Source: Glaucostegus cemiculus (lineage: Eukaryota). Taken from it: a stretch of 64,000 nucleotides of DNA. The stretch covers positions 5,456,001 through 5,520,000 of the forward strand of contig CDPCPM010000025.1 of assembly GCA_976551045.1 (NCBI GenBank), in the 5' to 3' direction. Below are positions 39,601-50,897 of the stretch, one piece after another. Numbering within the stretch: the stretch's first letter is position 1; each line of letters starts with the position of its first letter. The notes below the pieces were generated by a model. That model saw only the letters and a list, made by a program, of their open reading frames with translations, did no database searches and had not been told where the DNA came from. A program made the position numbers and the translations under genes.

Positions 39601-40449
39601 TATAATAGATACCGAACCAAAGATGCACAGAGAGAGTAAAAAACAAACCTCACTTGGTGAATCACAGAGATCCAAAAAGATATGCAATTATAGAGCCAGT
39701 CACATCCACATGGAAGAACATGAATATCAAGTCTCTACCCCTTTTTCATTCTTGAATGCACTCCTTAATGTCTGCGTTTTTCTCAAAGATACTGAAAAAC
39801 TTAATTCAAACCAACAACCAGGGCACTTCATTAAATAAAACTTCAACTGTTATGCTGCACATCTCATTTTACCTACTCCATGGAGTTATGATATCCTCAT
39901 TACTGCACACAGTTTGCAGAAATGATCTTCCAGTTGACTTTGGCTATATTTTCCCTTCTTTGCCTTTTGTTTCATGCTCCATCACATGCACTTCTTACAG
40001 TTGGCCATCCAACAATTCTAGGCTGGTTTTGGTTTGATCTAAAGCTTTGTGTGCACTTTTCTAGAGAGGACTCTGTCTCATATAGTAGTCATTCCCTCAG
40101 AGTGTACTCCAGATTCCATAAATAATCTGATCTGATGATAAAGTTCTTTAAATCTTCAATGATCTATTCAAGGTTATAGCTCTGTGAGAAAGCATCAAAC
40201 TATTCGCTGTGATCCTGGATATGCATGAGAAAACAGTAACAGTAAACTATTTCACTGCCAAGTGGATTCCAGCATCCTGTATCGTCTCAGAAGAGGGAGT
40301 TTATAGTATGGTACAATTCTCACCCCTTGTGATCAATGAGATCCAATAATACTTTCATCTGCTCAAAGCCAGCTCAATATACAATGTGAATTCTTCCTTC
40401 CATTGTTTCCATTCTTGAGATGAGTTATTGCTTGAAAATCTCAGGCACG

Positions 40450-40780
40450 TAGCAGAATGGTTAAATTAACTTAGCAGCTAGAATTCTGGACCATTGAACC
40501 AGAGGCAAGAGTTCAAATCCCACTATGGTAGCAAGGGAAATTAAATTCAAGTAATTCAATGAATATGAAATTAAAAATAGTTAATCATAATAATGATGTT
40601 CGTGCGATTGCCAGTTTGATGTAAAAAGCTAACAAGTTCAATAATCCGTAGATTGGCCTATTTATGAATCCATACCTACTGATATAATTGACTCCTAATT
40701 GCATACTCAACTCAGGAGCAATTAAGAATGGACAACAAAAACTTTGATGTCAGCAACATCTATATCCCGTGAATGAAGTT
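40450..40780 (+). mobile_element. tRNA-derived SINE with L2-like tail
   Basis: B box gagttcaaatccc at 40509; tail catctatatcccgtgaatgaa. Confidence 0.5.
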
Positions 40781-41154
40781 ACTGTACTTGGGAGGGAAAC
40801 TGACCAGAGTAACATTGGTGTAATTCCAAAAGCAGCAGATGCTAGAAAATACTCAGTAGATCAAGCATGATCGTTGGAGAGAGCATTTTAAGGTAGAAGG
40901 TTATCAACTTGCAACATGAACTTTGTTTCTCTATCTGCAGATACTTCCTGACTTGGTGTAAATCTTCTGTGTTCCAGGCTTCAAACGCATGTTGCCTGAT
41001 TCTAAAAATAAAAAAAAAACCAATTGTGATCTTTGTGGGATAAGTAAACTCTTTGTCTTAACCACAGATCTAGGCATTGTTAAATTGCCCTAGTGAAATG
41101 CTGATTTTATTGGACAGATTCAAAGGAATTTTGATTCCTTCATCAACAACATAG

Positions 41155-41525
41155 GAGAGTGAGAGGCAATCTTGTAGAAATGTTTAAAATTGAGGGGTGT
41201 TAATAGGGTAGATGGCAACAGTCTTTTTTCCAAACAGTCCAAAACTAGGGGGTATAGATTTAGGGTGGGGTCAGATTTAAAAGGGACCTGAGGGGCAATG
41301 TTTTCATGCTGAGGTTGATGAGTATTTGGAATGAGCTGGCAGAGGAAGTGGTTGAGGCAGGTACAATAGTATCATTTAAAAAGGACTTGGATAGGTGCAT
41401 GGAGGGGCAGTGGTTAGAGGAATACGGGCTAAACGCAGGAAATTGGGACAAACTGGGTGGGCAGCATGTCGGCATGGACTCGTTGGGCCATAGGGCCTGT
41501 AACCATGCTGTATTGACTCTATAAA
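41155..41525 (+). mobile_element. CR1 LINE 3' end
   Basis: WNELAEEVVEAGTIVSFKKDLDR in ORF 41306..41524. Confidence 0.85.
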
Positions 41526-42042
41526 AAATATCCAGCACCTTGGATGTCTTTGTTCCATTGTGTGCTACCTCAGTTGAATCATCTACCTGTCTCTTAGCAC
41601 ACGTACACATTATCTCAATTGGGAGTGTTTACACTGGTATTCTGATTCAACATAGCATTTAAGTGTTATATTTTCATCAACCAGTACCTCTGAGCCAGGC
41701 TATAGCATATTTTATTAAATAAAATCTAACATGTCAGGACTACATGCTTATTGTTGCTTTCTCCACAGAGGCAGGCAAAGCTTTGGCATGTCTTAGACTA
41801 GCTGGTGTCATGACAATACAGATCATCAGATCATATGATGCCATCTTTAAAGCAACACAGCCCTGAAGCAGCAATTATTTAAAGCAATCAATACTATACA
41901 TGTTAAATATTACACTTAAGTCTAGGTTTTTGATCAAACTTTAAGTCATTTGCACTAGCATCTCATTAGCTGGCTTGGTGCCAATTTTTATTCGCTAGTT
42001 CTTCTGTGAAATGCTTTGATGTTTTATTACATTAAAGAGTAC

Positions 42043-42300
42043 TACAGTAAAACTCCAACAATCTGTTATCTGACTATTCAGAAATCCTGAAGGTTGGCAT
42101 CAGAGTCACCAGGTGCTGATTCCAGTGCTCCCTATAACATACTCATACTCTGGTTCCCACGCTCCCTTTAAACTCACCATAGCTCAGGTTTCCACAGTCC
42201 CTTGAAATTCACCTGGTTCTCTTCCTTGCTCCCTTGAAACTCACTAGGTTCTGTTTCCCATCCTCCCTTGTAACTTACTGCATCCTTGTTTTCCTTGCAA
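42043..42300 (+). repeat. Degenerate 32-35 bp minisatellite preceded by a TA-CAGTAAAACTCC transposon-like end
   Basis: Units aactcacca...cccttga at about 42104, 42138, 42171, 42206, 42238 and 42272. Confidence 0.7.
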
Positions 42301-42809
42301 CGTAACTAACTGGAAAATATATTATTCAACTATGTAACATCTCAAAAATGTGAATTCAAAGAATGTTGAAGTATTAATAGGAATAATATCCAATATACAA
42401 GAAGAGAAGAGAAGAGAGATGCTGGGAACCACTCAACAAAGAAGTACAGTGAAGGAAGGTTCTGTGACTGACACCTGATGAGAGTATAGCTGAGACAGCT
42501 TTCTAACTAAGTGATTTGACCAAGGTTTTGAGTTTGGAACTCAGAGAAGACTATAAAGCTGTGCAGTGAATCTGGCCAATTCATCTCATGTGGGTAGTAT
42601 TTGTCCAAGCTGTGAGTATTGTGATTTAACATTAGAAGTAATAAGCTGGAACAGTAAATCAAATGTGAAGTTGTTAGAAGTCAGTGGTATAAATACATGC
42701 TTAAGTAACTCAAGTGTCAATAAAGATTAAGTTGTTCTAAATTTTGGTTTAGAATCTCTTTATTTGGCATGTTAGTTGATACCCTAAAGAGGAAATATGG
42801 TTAATCCGG

Positions 42810-43610
42810 GGTTCAACCTGGATAAGTGTGAAGTGATACATTTCAGGAGATCGAATTCAAAGGCAGCATACAAGGTTAAGGGCAGGACTCTTAGCAGTGT
42901 GGAGGAACAGAGGGATCTTGGGGTCCACATCCATAGATCCCTCAAGGTTGCCACACAGGCCGATAGGGTTGTTAAGAAGGTATATGGAGGGTTGGCTTTC
43001 ATTAGTCGGGGTACTGAGTTCAAGAGCCACAAGATGATGTTGCAGCTCTAAAAAACTCTGGTCAGACCACACTTAGGAGTATTGTGTTCAGTTTTGGTCA
43101 CCTCATTATAGAAAGGACATGGAAGTTTAAGAGAGGGTGCAGAGGAGATTTACCAGGATGTTGCCAGGATTGGAGAGCATGTCTTATGAGGATAGGTTGA
43201 GCAAGCTAGGGGTTTTCTCTTTGGAGAGAAGAAGGATGTGAGGTGACTTGATAGAGGTTTACAAGATGATAAGAGGCATAGATCAAGTGGACAGTCAGAG
43301 ACTTTTTCCCAGTGTGACAATAGCCAACATGAGGGGCCATAATTTTGAGGTGGCTGGAGAAAGGTATAAAGGGGATGTCAGGGTTTTTTTTTTACATAGA
43401 ACGTAGTGGGTGTGTGGAATGCACTGTTGGCAGAGGTTGTGGGGCAGATATATCAGGGACATTTAAGAGAATCTTAGACACATGAATAATAGAAACATAG
43501 GGGGCTATGTGGGAGGGAAGGGTTAGATAGATCTTAGAGCAGAATAAAATGTCAGCACAACATTGTGGGCCGGAGGACCTGTACTGTGCTGTAGTGTTCT
43601 ATGTTCTATT
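42810..43610 (+). mobile_element. CR1 LINE 3' fragment
   Basis: ORF 42797..43051; tail gttctatgttctat. Confidence 0.92.
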
Positions 43611-44329
43611 GTTACTTATACTTGAAATACTCAGCAGGTCAGGCTGCATCAATGGAAATAGAAACAGGGCTAATATTTCAGGTCAGCGACCTTTCTTCAG
43701 AATTGAGTAGTGCCTACTGAGTTTTTCCAGCACTTTTTCTTTGTTTTTCAGATTTCCAGCTTCTGCAGAATTTTGATTTTCAATACGTGACCACAGTGTG
43801 TCTATTTTAATGAAGCAAGCTAAATTGCAGAATGTGATCCCAAACATAGTAATAAAAATAACTAATGGTCCTACAATTTCTTGTCAATGATTTCAACTTA
43901 ATCAATCATCTAGCAGTAATGTGCTTGTATTGCATCTAATATTCTCCATGTGCTCATTTGAGAGCTTTATTGTATGGAACAGTTCTCTCCCATTGTGATC
44001 ACTGAGGTGCAATAGCATCTTTACTACTCATATACAGCTTCAAATAAAAGGTAAACTCTTCTTTCTGTTCTCCGGACAAGTTACTTGGGGTTGAATTTCA
44101 TCTGCACTCTATTTTTGGAAAATTTCTTACATGTTTTTCAAATTGTCATGCTCATATTTCCTGGAGAAAAACACTATGATGCTGGAGGAACTCAGCAGCC
44201 ACTAATTCGTGGAGAAAAGCATGCAGTCAACCTTTTGGGTCAGCACCTTTCTTGGAGTGCTGTTATGGTGTTTAATTAACAAAATCTTCTTGTAATTATC
44301 TAATGGTGGATTGAAAACAGCAAAACACA

Positions 44330-45410
44330 TCAGGTTGCTGTGTATCGATTACAGCTTAGCGTTCAACACAATCATCCACTCAGTACTAATCAACAAGCTT
44401 CAAAATCTGGGCCTCTATACCTCCCCTGCAACTGGGTTCTCAACTTCCTTATTGGGAGACCAGTAAGTGCAGATCGGTAATAACATCTCCTCCTCGCTGA
44501 CAATTAACACAGGCGCATCTCAAGGATGCATGATTAGCTCACTACTCTACTCTCTACATTCATGACTGTGTGGCTAGGCACGGCTTAAATGCCATCTATA
44601 AATTCTCTGCTGACACCACTGTTGTTGGCAGAATCTCAGATGGTGATGAGGAAGCGTACAGGAATGAGGTAGATTGGCTGGTTGAGTGGCATCACAACAA
44701 CAACCTTGCACTCAACATCAGCAAGACAAAGGAATTGATTGTGGACTTCTGGAAGGGAAAGTTGGAAGACCACGCTCCGATCTTCATTGAGGGGTCAGGG
44801 GTAGAAAGAGTGTGCAGCTTCAAGTTCCTGTACGTCAACATCTCAGGGGGTCTCTCTTGAGCCCAATACATTAATGCAATAACAAGGAAGGCAGGCCAGC
44901 TGCTCTACTTCATTAGGAGTTTGAGGAGATTTGGTAGGTCACCAACGACTCTTGCAAATTTTTGCAGATGCAGAGTGGAGAGCATTCTGACTGGTTGCAT
45001 CACCACCTGGTACAGAGGCTCCAATGTGCAGGATCAAAAGAGGCTGCAGAAAGTTGTACACTCTATCACAGGCATAACCCTCCATGCCATCGAGGACACC
45101 TTCAAGAGGCGGTGCCTCAAGAAAGCAGCATCCATTACTAAGGACTCTCACCATCCAGGATATGCCCTTTTCACGCTACTACGATTGGGGAGGAGGTACA
45201 GGAGCCTGAAGACCCACACTAAACATTTCAGGACAGCTTCTTACCCGCCACCATCAGATTTCTGAACAGTTCATGAACACTACCTCATTATTCCTCTTTT
45301 GCACTATTATTTAGTTTTGTAACTTATAGAAATTTTCATGTCTCACACAGCACTGCTGCTGCAAAACAACAAATTTTAGGACATATTTCAGTGATAATAA
45401 ACCTGATTCC
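44330..45410 (+). mobile_element. Rex1/Babar-type LINE 3' fragment
   Basis: KFSADTTVVG, LNISKTKELIVDF and ESILTGCITTWY motifs; ends gataataaacctgattc. Confidence 0.85.
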
Positions 45411-45589
45411 TTCATTACATTGCCAGCTGAGCTTTGGAGGAGGATTTCAGAGCGGAGAGTCAGTTGCACTGCTTGCACTCAAAAAAAAAAGTCTGGTTCC
45501 TCTAACCATTTTCCAGAGAGGTAACAGTTGAACCAGAAGTTACCTCCACATTGCACAACATTCACTCACTCACCTTGTGGAACATGTTT

Positions 45590-45950
45590 CTCCGCCCGCG
45601 AGACTTGGTCGCGTCACGTGCCCCGGCGCGGCGCCGTTGCCGTGGAGACCGGCGGCCACCCCGCTCCCGCCGTTGGACGGAAGGAAGATGCCGGTTCGGG
45701 TGCCTGCGGCCAGTTGCAAGAGCCGGTCGGCTCCGATTCCCGGTAAGAGGGCCGAGAGATTTCCCTGCAGCCAGAGAAGCCGGGGCCGGGGTGAGAGCCG
45801 GGCGGAGGCTCCCGGCTCGGTCTGTCCGTTCCCCGGGGCGGGGTGTGCTGGAGGTGACCTCCGCCCCCCCCTTCAGCCGGGAGAGGGGCAGCAACATAGA
45901 ATGGGTCAGCATAGAATGATGTGCCGAATGGCCCCGCTTCTGAGCTGACG
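45590..45950 (+). promoter_or_regulatory. CpG island / CNBD1 promoter with E-box and RFX X-box
   Basis: The only CpG-dense, GC-rich stretch in the window. GTCACGTG 45613-20 and GTTGCCGTGGAGAC 45636-49; the island contains the first coding exon. Confidence 0.85.
45688..45742 (+). CDS. CNBD1: CNBD1 coding exon 1 (MPVRVPAASCKSRSAPIP)
   Basis: AAGATG start inside the CpG island, donor G|GTAAGA, phase 1 matching exon 2. Resembles recalled human MPMSSLPAA. Confidence 0.75.
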
Positions 45951-47329
45951 CAAAATCTCACACCAGTTTAGTACCTTCAGCATTAAATTCAAGAGAATAT
46001 CTTTAAAAATACAACTTTATGAAACATATTTTTGGAGCCATACAGCACGGAAGTCGGCCCTTCAGCTCACCGCGCCCATATTGGGCATTAAACTGACATT
46101 TAGACGAATCCAGTTTCCCCGCACAGCCCATATCCTCTGTATCATAGTATTTCAAGTGCTCATCTAAATAGTCATTTGTTGTGAGAGTAAAGTAGCTCGA
46201 TCATTAGATATATTTAAGATGGAAATAGATAAATATTTGAAAGAATGAGGAATTGGGGGTTTTGGGGAGTTGGCACAGAAGAGAAGTTGAAGACAATGTA
46301 GATCAGTCATGATTACATTGAATGGTAGGGCAGTCTTGAAGGATCTGGTGGCCTACTCCTGCTCGTATTTTCTTGTGTTCTTGTGAACCTTCCTCCAAAA
46401 CTCTTCAGGCAGTGTGTTCCCGATTTCAACCATCTAGGTGGAAAGGTCCTTCTAAACCCTCCCACCCTTAGCTTGAACCTATGCCCTCTGCTAAGGGGAA
46501 AGGTTTGTCACTATCTATACCCCCCTCATCATTTTGTGTACCTCAATCACGACAGCCATCAGTCTCCATTCTAAAGAAAACAAATCCAGCCTTTTCAGTT
46601 GCTCCTTTTGGGTGAAATGCACTATCCCAGGCAACACCCTGATGAATCTCCCCTGCATCCTCTCCAGTGAAATCACATCCTTTCCATAGTATGATAGTCA
46701 GAAATGCACACAGTACTCCAGCTGTGGACAATAAGTTATATAATTGTACCATGACTTCCTTGCTGTGTATGTAATGGCTTGACTAATGAAGGCTAGTATC
46801 CCATAAGCTGCCTTCATCTAACTATTCTGCTACCTTCATGGATTCTTAGAAATGGACACCAAGGTCCCTCTGTTCCTCAGTCCTTCCTGCTATTTATATA
46901 TCCTAGCCTTATTAGTCCTCCCAAAATGCATCACCTCACATTCTTTTAGGTTTAAATTCTGTTCATCATGAGGGTGCAATTAAAAGTAAAAGCAAAGAGC
47001 TGCAAATACACAGCAGTTTAAGTAGCATCTGTGGAGACGGAAATGTTAATGCTTCAGGCTGATGACTTTTTATCAGAATTAGGAAAAGTAAGTAATCGAC
47101 TCAGCCAACCTGTGCCACCAGATGCATCTATTTATGATAATGTTAGTGAAATGACCACTGCATGATTGTTGTGGATACAAAGTCCAATCTTCACTTTGAG
47201 AACACCCACCTTGTACAAAAGAGCACAAGAGAATAGAAATAGGAGTAGGACACTCAGTCCCTTAAACTTGCCTTGCCATTCAATGTGATCATGGCTGATC
47301 TGCTCCAGGTCTCATCTCCATCACGTTAT

Positions 47330-48330
47330 GCTAAATGAATTAGACTGAGATTGAACTGGCAGTTCAAAAGTGGACATCTATGGACCATCATAGGTAGCTG
47401 CAATGTATACTACCACAATCTGTTATCTCATGGATCAGCATTTCCTCCACTGCACCACTAACATGGTGTTGGGAATCAACTCTGGTTCAATGAGGAGTGC
47501 AGAAGACCATACTGGGAGCAGCACTAGGCATACCTAAAAATGATGAGGTGAGAGCTTAGTGAAACTGCAACTGTTTCAAACAGTAAGAACTGCATGCATT
47601 TGGTGCTGGACAAATAAATAGCTGCCAGAAGGTAGCTCCAAGAATATCCCCATCCTCAATGGTGATGGGACCCACTGCCTGAGAGTTAAAGAGCTGAAAT
47701 GTTCATATTGTTCGGGAAGAAGTGCGGAATAGATGATCCATCTCTGCTTCCTCTTGTCAATTTCAACCCCCACCCCCCACCTCAGAAGCCAATCTCTTGC
47801 CACAGTGATTCATTCCATTTGATAGCAAGAAACAAAAAAGTATTGGAGTATCAAGGGATATGTTTCTTAATATCCTAATGCTTTTCTGCCTTCTACAAAG
47901 CATAATTCAGGAGCATGATGGAAGACTCTTCACTTGTCTGGAATGAGTCCAATTCCAACTGTTCTCAAAATACTTGAAATCATCCAGGACAGAGTAGCCT
48001 GCTTGATTCACAGTGCATCTACCACCCTTAATCATTAATTCCTTCCACCACCAGTACACTGAAGTGTGTACCATCTACAAAACACACTGCAATTACTTGC
48101 TCAGGCTAAACTGCCAGCAATCTAAAACCCTCAACCTTTTTTACCAAGTAGGGCAATGAAGGTGTTTCATGAGAACACCACCCCTTCAGGTTTCCCTTTA
48201 AGTTGCATAGCATCCTAACTTGCAGATAAATTGCTAGCCCTTTTTGCTGTTTGGTCTAAGTACTGGAACTCCCTACTCAAAAGCACTATGGGAAGTGTTT
48301 CATAAGAAGGGCTGTAGTGTTTCAAGAAGG
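47330..48330 (+). mobile_element. Ancient LINE (L2/CR1 group) fragments
   Basis: Decayed WFNEECR motif and tgtgtaccatctacaaaacacactgc 3' motif; a similar piece lies at 26370-26900. Confidence 0.45.
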
Positions 48331-48543
48331 TATGTATAATTTCTAGGTCCTAGCAAAATAATGTTTCTTCACCAGCTAATTTGCCTCTTCCTCCTGATGT
48401 TCATTCTGAATGATTGTTTTCACCCTCAGCATCTTGTTTATCACAGTGAAGAACCATTAAGTCCATTGTCAAGGGTGTTAAACTTTCATTGCGAGTTTTG
48501 GTTCCTCACCTGCTAAAACACAGCTAATATTTTATAACTTCTT

Positions 48544-48874
48544 CAACATCACTGATCTACAGACTAGGTACCATTCAACGTAGTAGAATTGATTTGGTTC
48601 TGCTTTGTAAACTGCTTAAAGATTCTCAGAGGAAAGTGTAATCGGAATGATTCTGAAAGTTTGCCTGGCTAACTATATTGAAGTATGATTAAGTAAGTCA
48701 TTTACTATTCCTTCCTAAAATTGATGTAAACCAACATTTTTATGGAGGAATCCTTGCATGTCTTCAAACATTGCATTAACTATCAAGTTTCCTTGGTACC
48801 TGCAGAATCATGTTAACAGCCAACAAATGTTTTGGTTATGGGACTGCTGTATGGAAATTCTATAGCACTCAAGG
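48544..48874 (+). repeat. Local direct duplication, copy 1 (partner 49210-49544)
   Basis: Colinear similarity from caacatca.tg.tctacaga to ggaaattctatagcactcaagg; offset about 666-670 nt. Confidence 0.9.
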
Positions 48875-49160
48875 TGTTGGAATTATAGACATTAGACATT
48901 TGTTATTTCTGATTACAAAACAATCTCTGGGTGACTTTATTAACTCCCAGAACATCTGATGGAACTAAAAATATGACTTCAGTGACTCACAGGCAAAGTA
49001 TATTATGTTGCTTTTGGAAGTTTGCTTAAAATACATTTACAGTTAATGTACAAAAATAGGACTTTTCTTTTAAGGACACAGCATTGTGCAAGTTATCTTA
49101 TCAGGACCATAATTGTGAATGACTTTAAAATTAAAAACTGCTCTGTTTTTTTCCCTCCAG

Positions 49161-49233
49161 GAAGGAACTATTTTTTAGGAATTGATTATGATAATTTGCA
49201 GAAATTATGCAACATCAGTGGTCTACAGAACAG
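49161..49233 (+). CDS. CNBD1: CNBD1 coding exon 2 (GRNYFLGIDYDNLQKLCNISGLQNR)
   Basis: Strong acceptor ttttttccctccag, donor AG|GTATCA, 73 nt, phase 1 to 2. Resembles recalled human INYGQLNALCHIRGQHSR. Confidence 0.85.
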
Positions 49234-50897
49234 GTATCATTCAACATAGTAGTATTGAATTGATTCTATTTTGTGAACTGCTTAAAGATCTTTATAGGAA
49301 AGTATAGTAATTATCAGAATGATTCTGAATGTTGACCAGGCTAGCTAGACTGAGGTATGATTTAAGAAAGTCATTTGTTATCCTCTCCTAGAAATGAAAC
49401 ATAATAAAACTTCTGTAGCGTAGTGCTTGCCTCTCTTCAAACATTGCATTAACTCAAGTTCTTTGATTCCTGCAGAGGGATTGATGGCAGCCAATATTGT
49501 TTTGGTTGTGGGACTACAGTTTGGAAATTCTATAGCACTCAAGGGACAGATGGAGATCTCTCTTTTGTGCAGTGGGTCGGATGATTGATGGGTGAGGTTG
49601 GTCAATTAGGTGTTTAATAAGTTTGTTAGGTTTGGATTGTGAAATATTGTGCCATTATGTTGATGGTGGGAGGGCCAAAAGAGAGTAATTAAGCAAATAT
49701 CTTAAAGGGGATTCACTGATTTGTGTTCCCTGTACCTGCCTGGAACTTGCTTAAAGTGGAAACTCTGTTTCTGTAGGAATGACCAATAGACTAAGTGGCC
49801 ACTGGAATGAGATCGAAAATTCTAGAAGTAACATCTAGCCATGTGTTGCATTTTGTTGGATGGTTCTATGTGAGTTTGGGAACTTCCATGTATTATGTTT
49901 TTTACTCACAGAGAAGCTCAGAATGGGAAGCAAAGACTTTGGTGATTTATAATGTTCACAATTTTCATTCATACTTTGTTTTTAATAGAATTTAAATTTT
50001 TAGCACGCAAATGCTTGTGCAAGTCCTAATTTATAGGCAGGTATATTTTTTGAGTTGACTACCACAAGTACTTGAGCTGATGGCATTCTGATTGGGATGA
50101 GAACACTGACCATTTGAGCTATTAGAATAGTTAACTGAACGGATCTATTCAAGCCTAGATTATAGCGTCCAGCAATGATATACTGGTGCTCCTGAAAACC
50201 TCCATTTATATCTTTGTTTCCTCTATACTTGACTGTTCCATTCTACTCCTAACCCTGAACATACTCCAAACTTCTTTTACCCTCGATGAATTTGAAGTCA
50301 TTTAAAAATTCCATAATCTTATTCCAAATTGAATCTTTTTCCATTTATCCAGCAGCCCTGGCTCATGCATCTATATTGGTTCATAGTGTGACAACAACTC
50401 ATTTTATCTTTTTGTTCTCATTTTCAAATCCCTTCTTGCCTCCCCTTGTCTCTTACTTCCAGCTGTACAACCATCTGAACCCTATATTTCTTAGCTTTTG
50501 TGCAAAGCTTATTTTAACTTATCCACCATTAGGGGTTGTTGTGTCTTCAGCTGCACAAAATTTTCTGGCACTCCTTAAAACCTCTCTTTGTCTAAGTGAT
50601 TGACCAGCTGTTATGATATTTTCTTATGTGAGTTAGTGTCAAATTTTGTTTGGTAACACTCTTGTGAAACCTATTGTTTTATTCACATTAAAAATGTCAT
50701 ATAAGTCCTATTGTTGTATATATTTCCTGTGACTTTGAATTATCCCTGAGTAAAATTAACCACCCACAATGAAAATCTTCATTATGAATAGGCACCAATA
50801 ATTTGATATCTAATGTGCAAAATACAGAAGACACACTTTGATCTCAGATTTACACCAATCACACTGACATCAAGGGTGCCGTTAATGATTACACTTT

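Noticed and set aside
42104-42300. CRISPR-like array
   Set aside because: Eukaryotic context, degenerate head-to-tail units with no unique spacers, and no cas genes.
45528-45961. Five overlapping 70-120 aa ORFs on both strands
   Set aside because: Stop-codon scarcity in a GC-rich CpG island; only the 55-nt first exon is supported.
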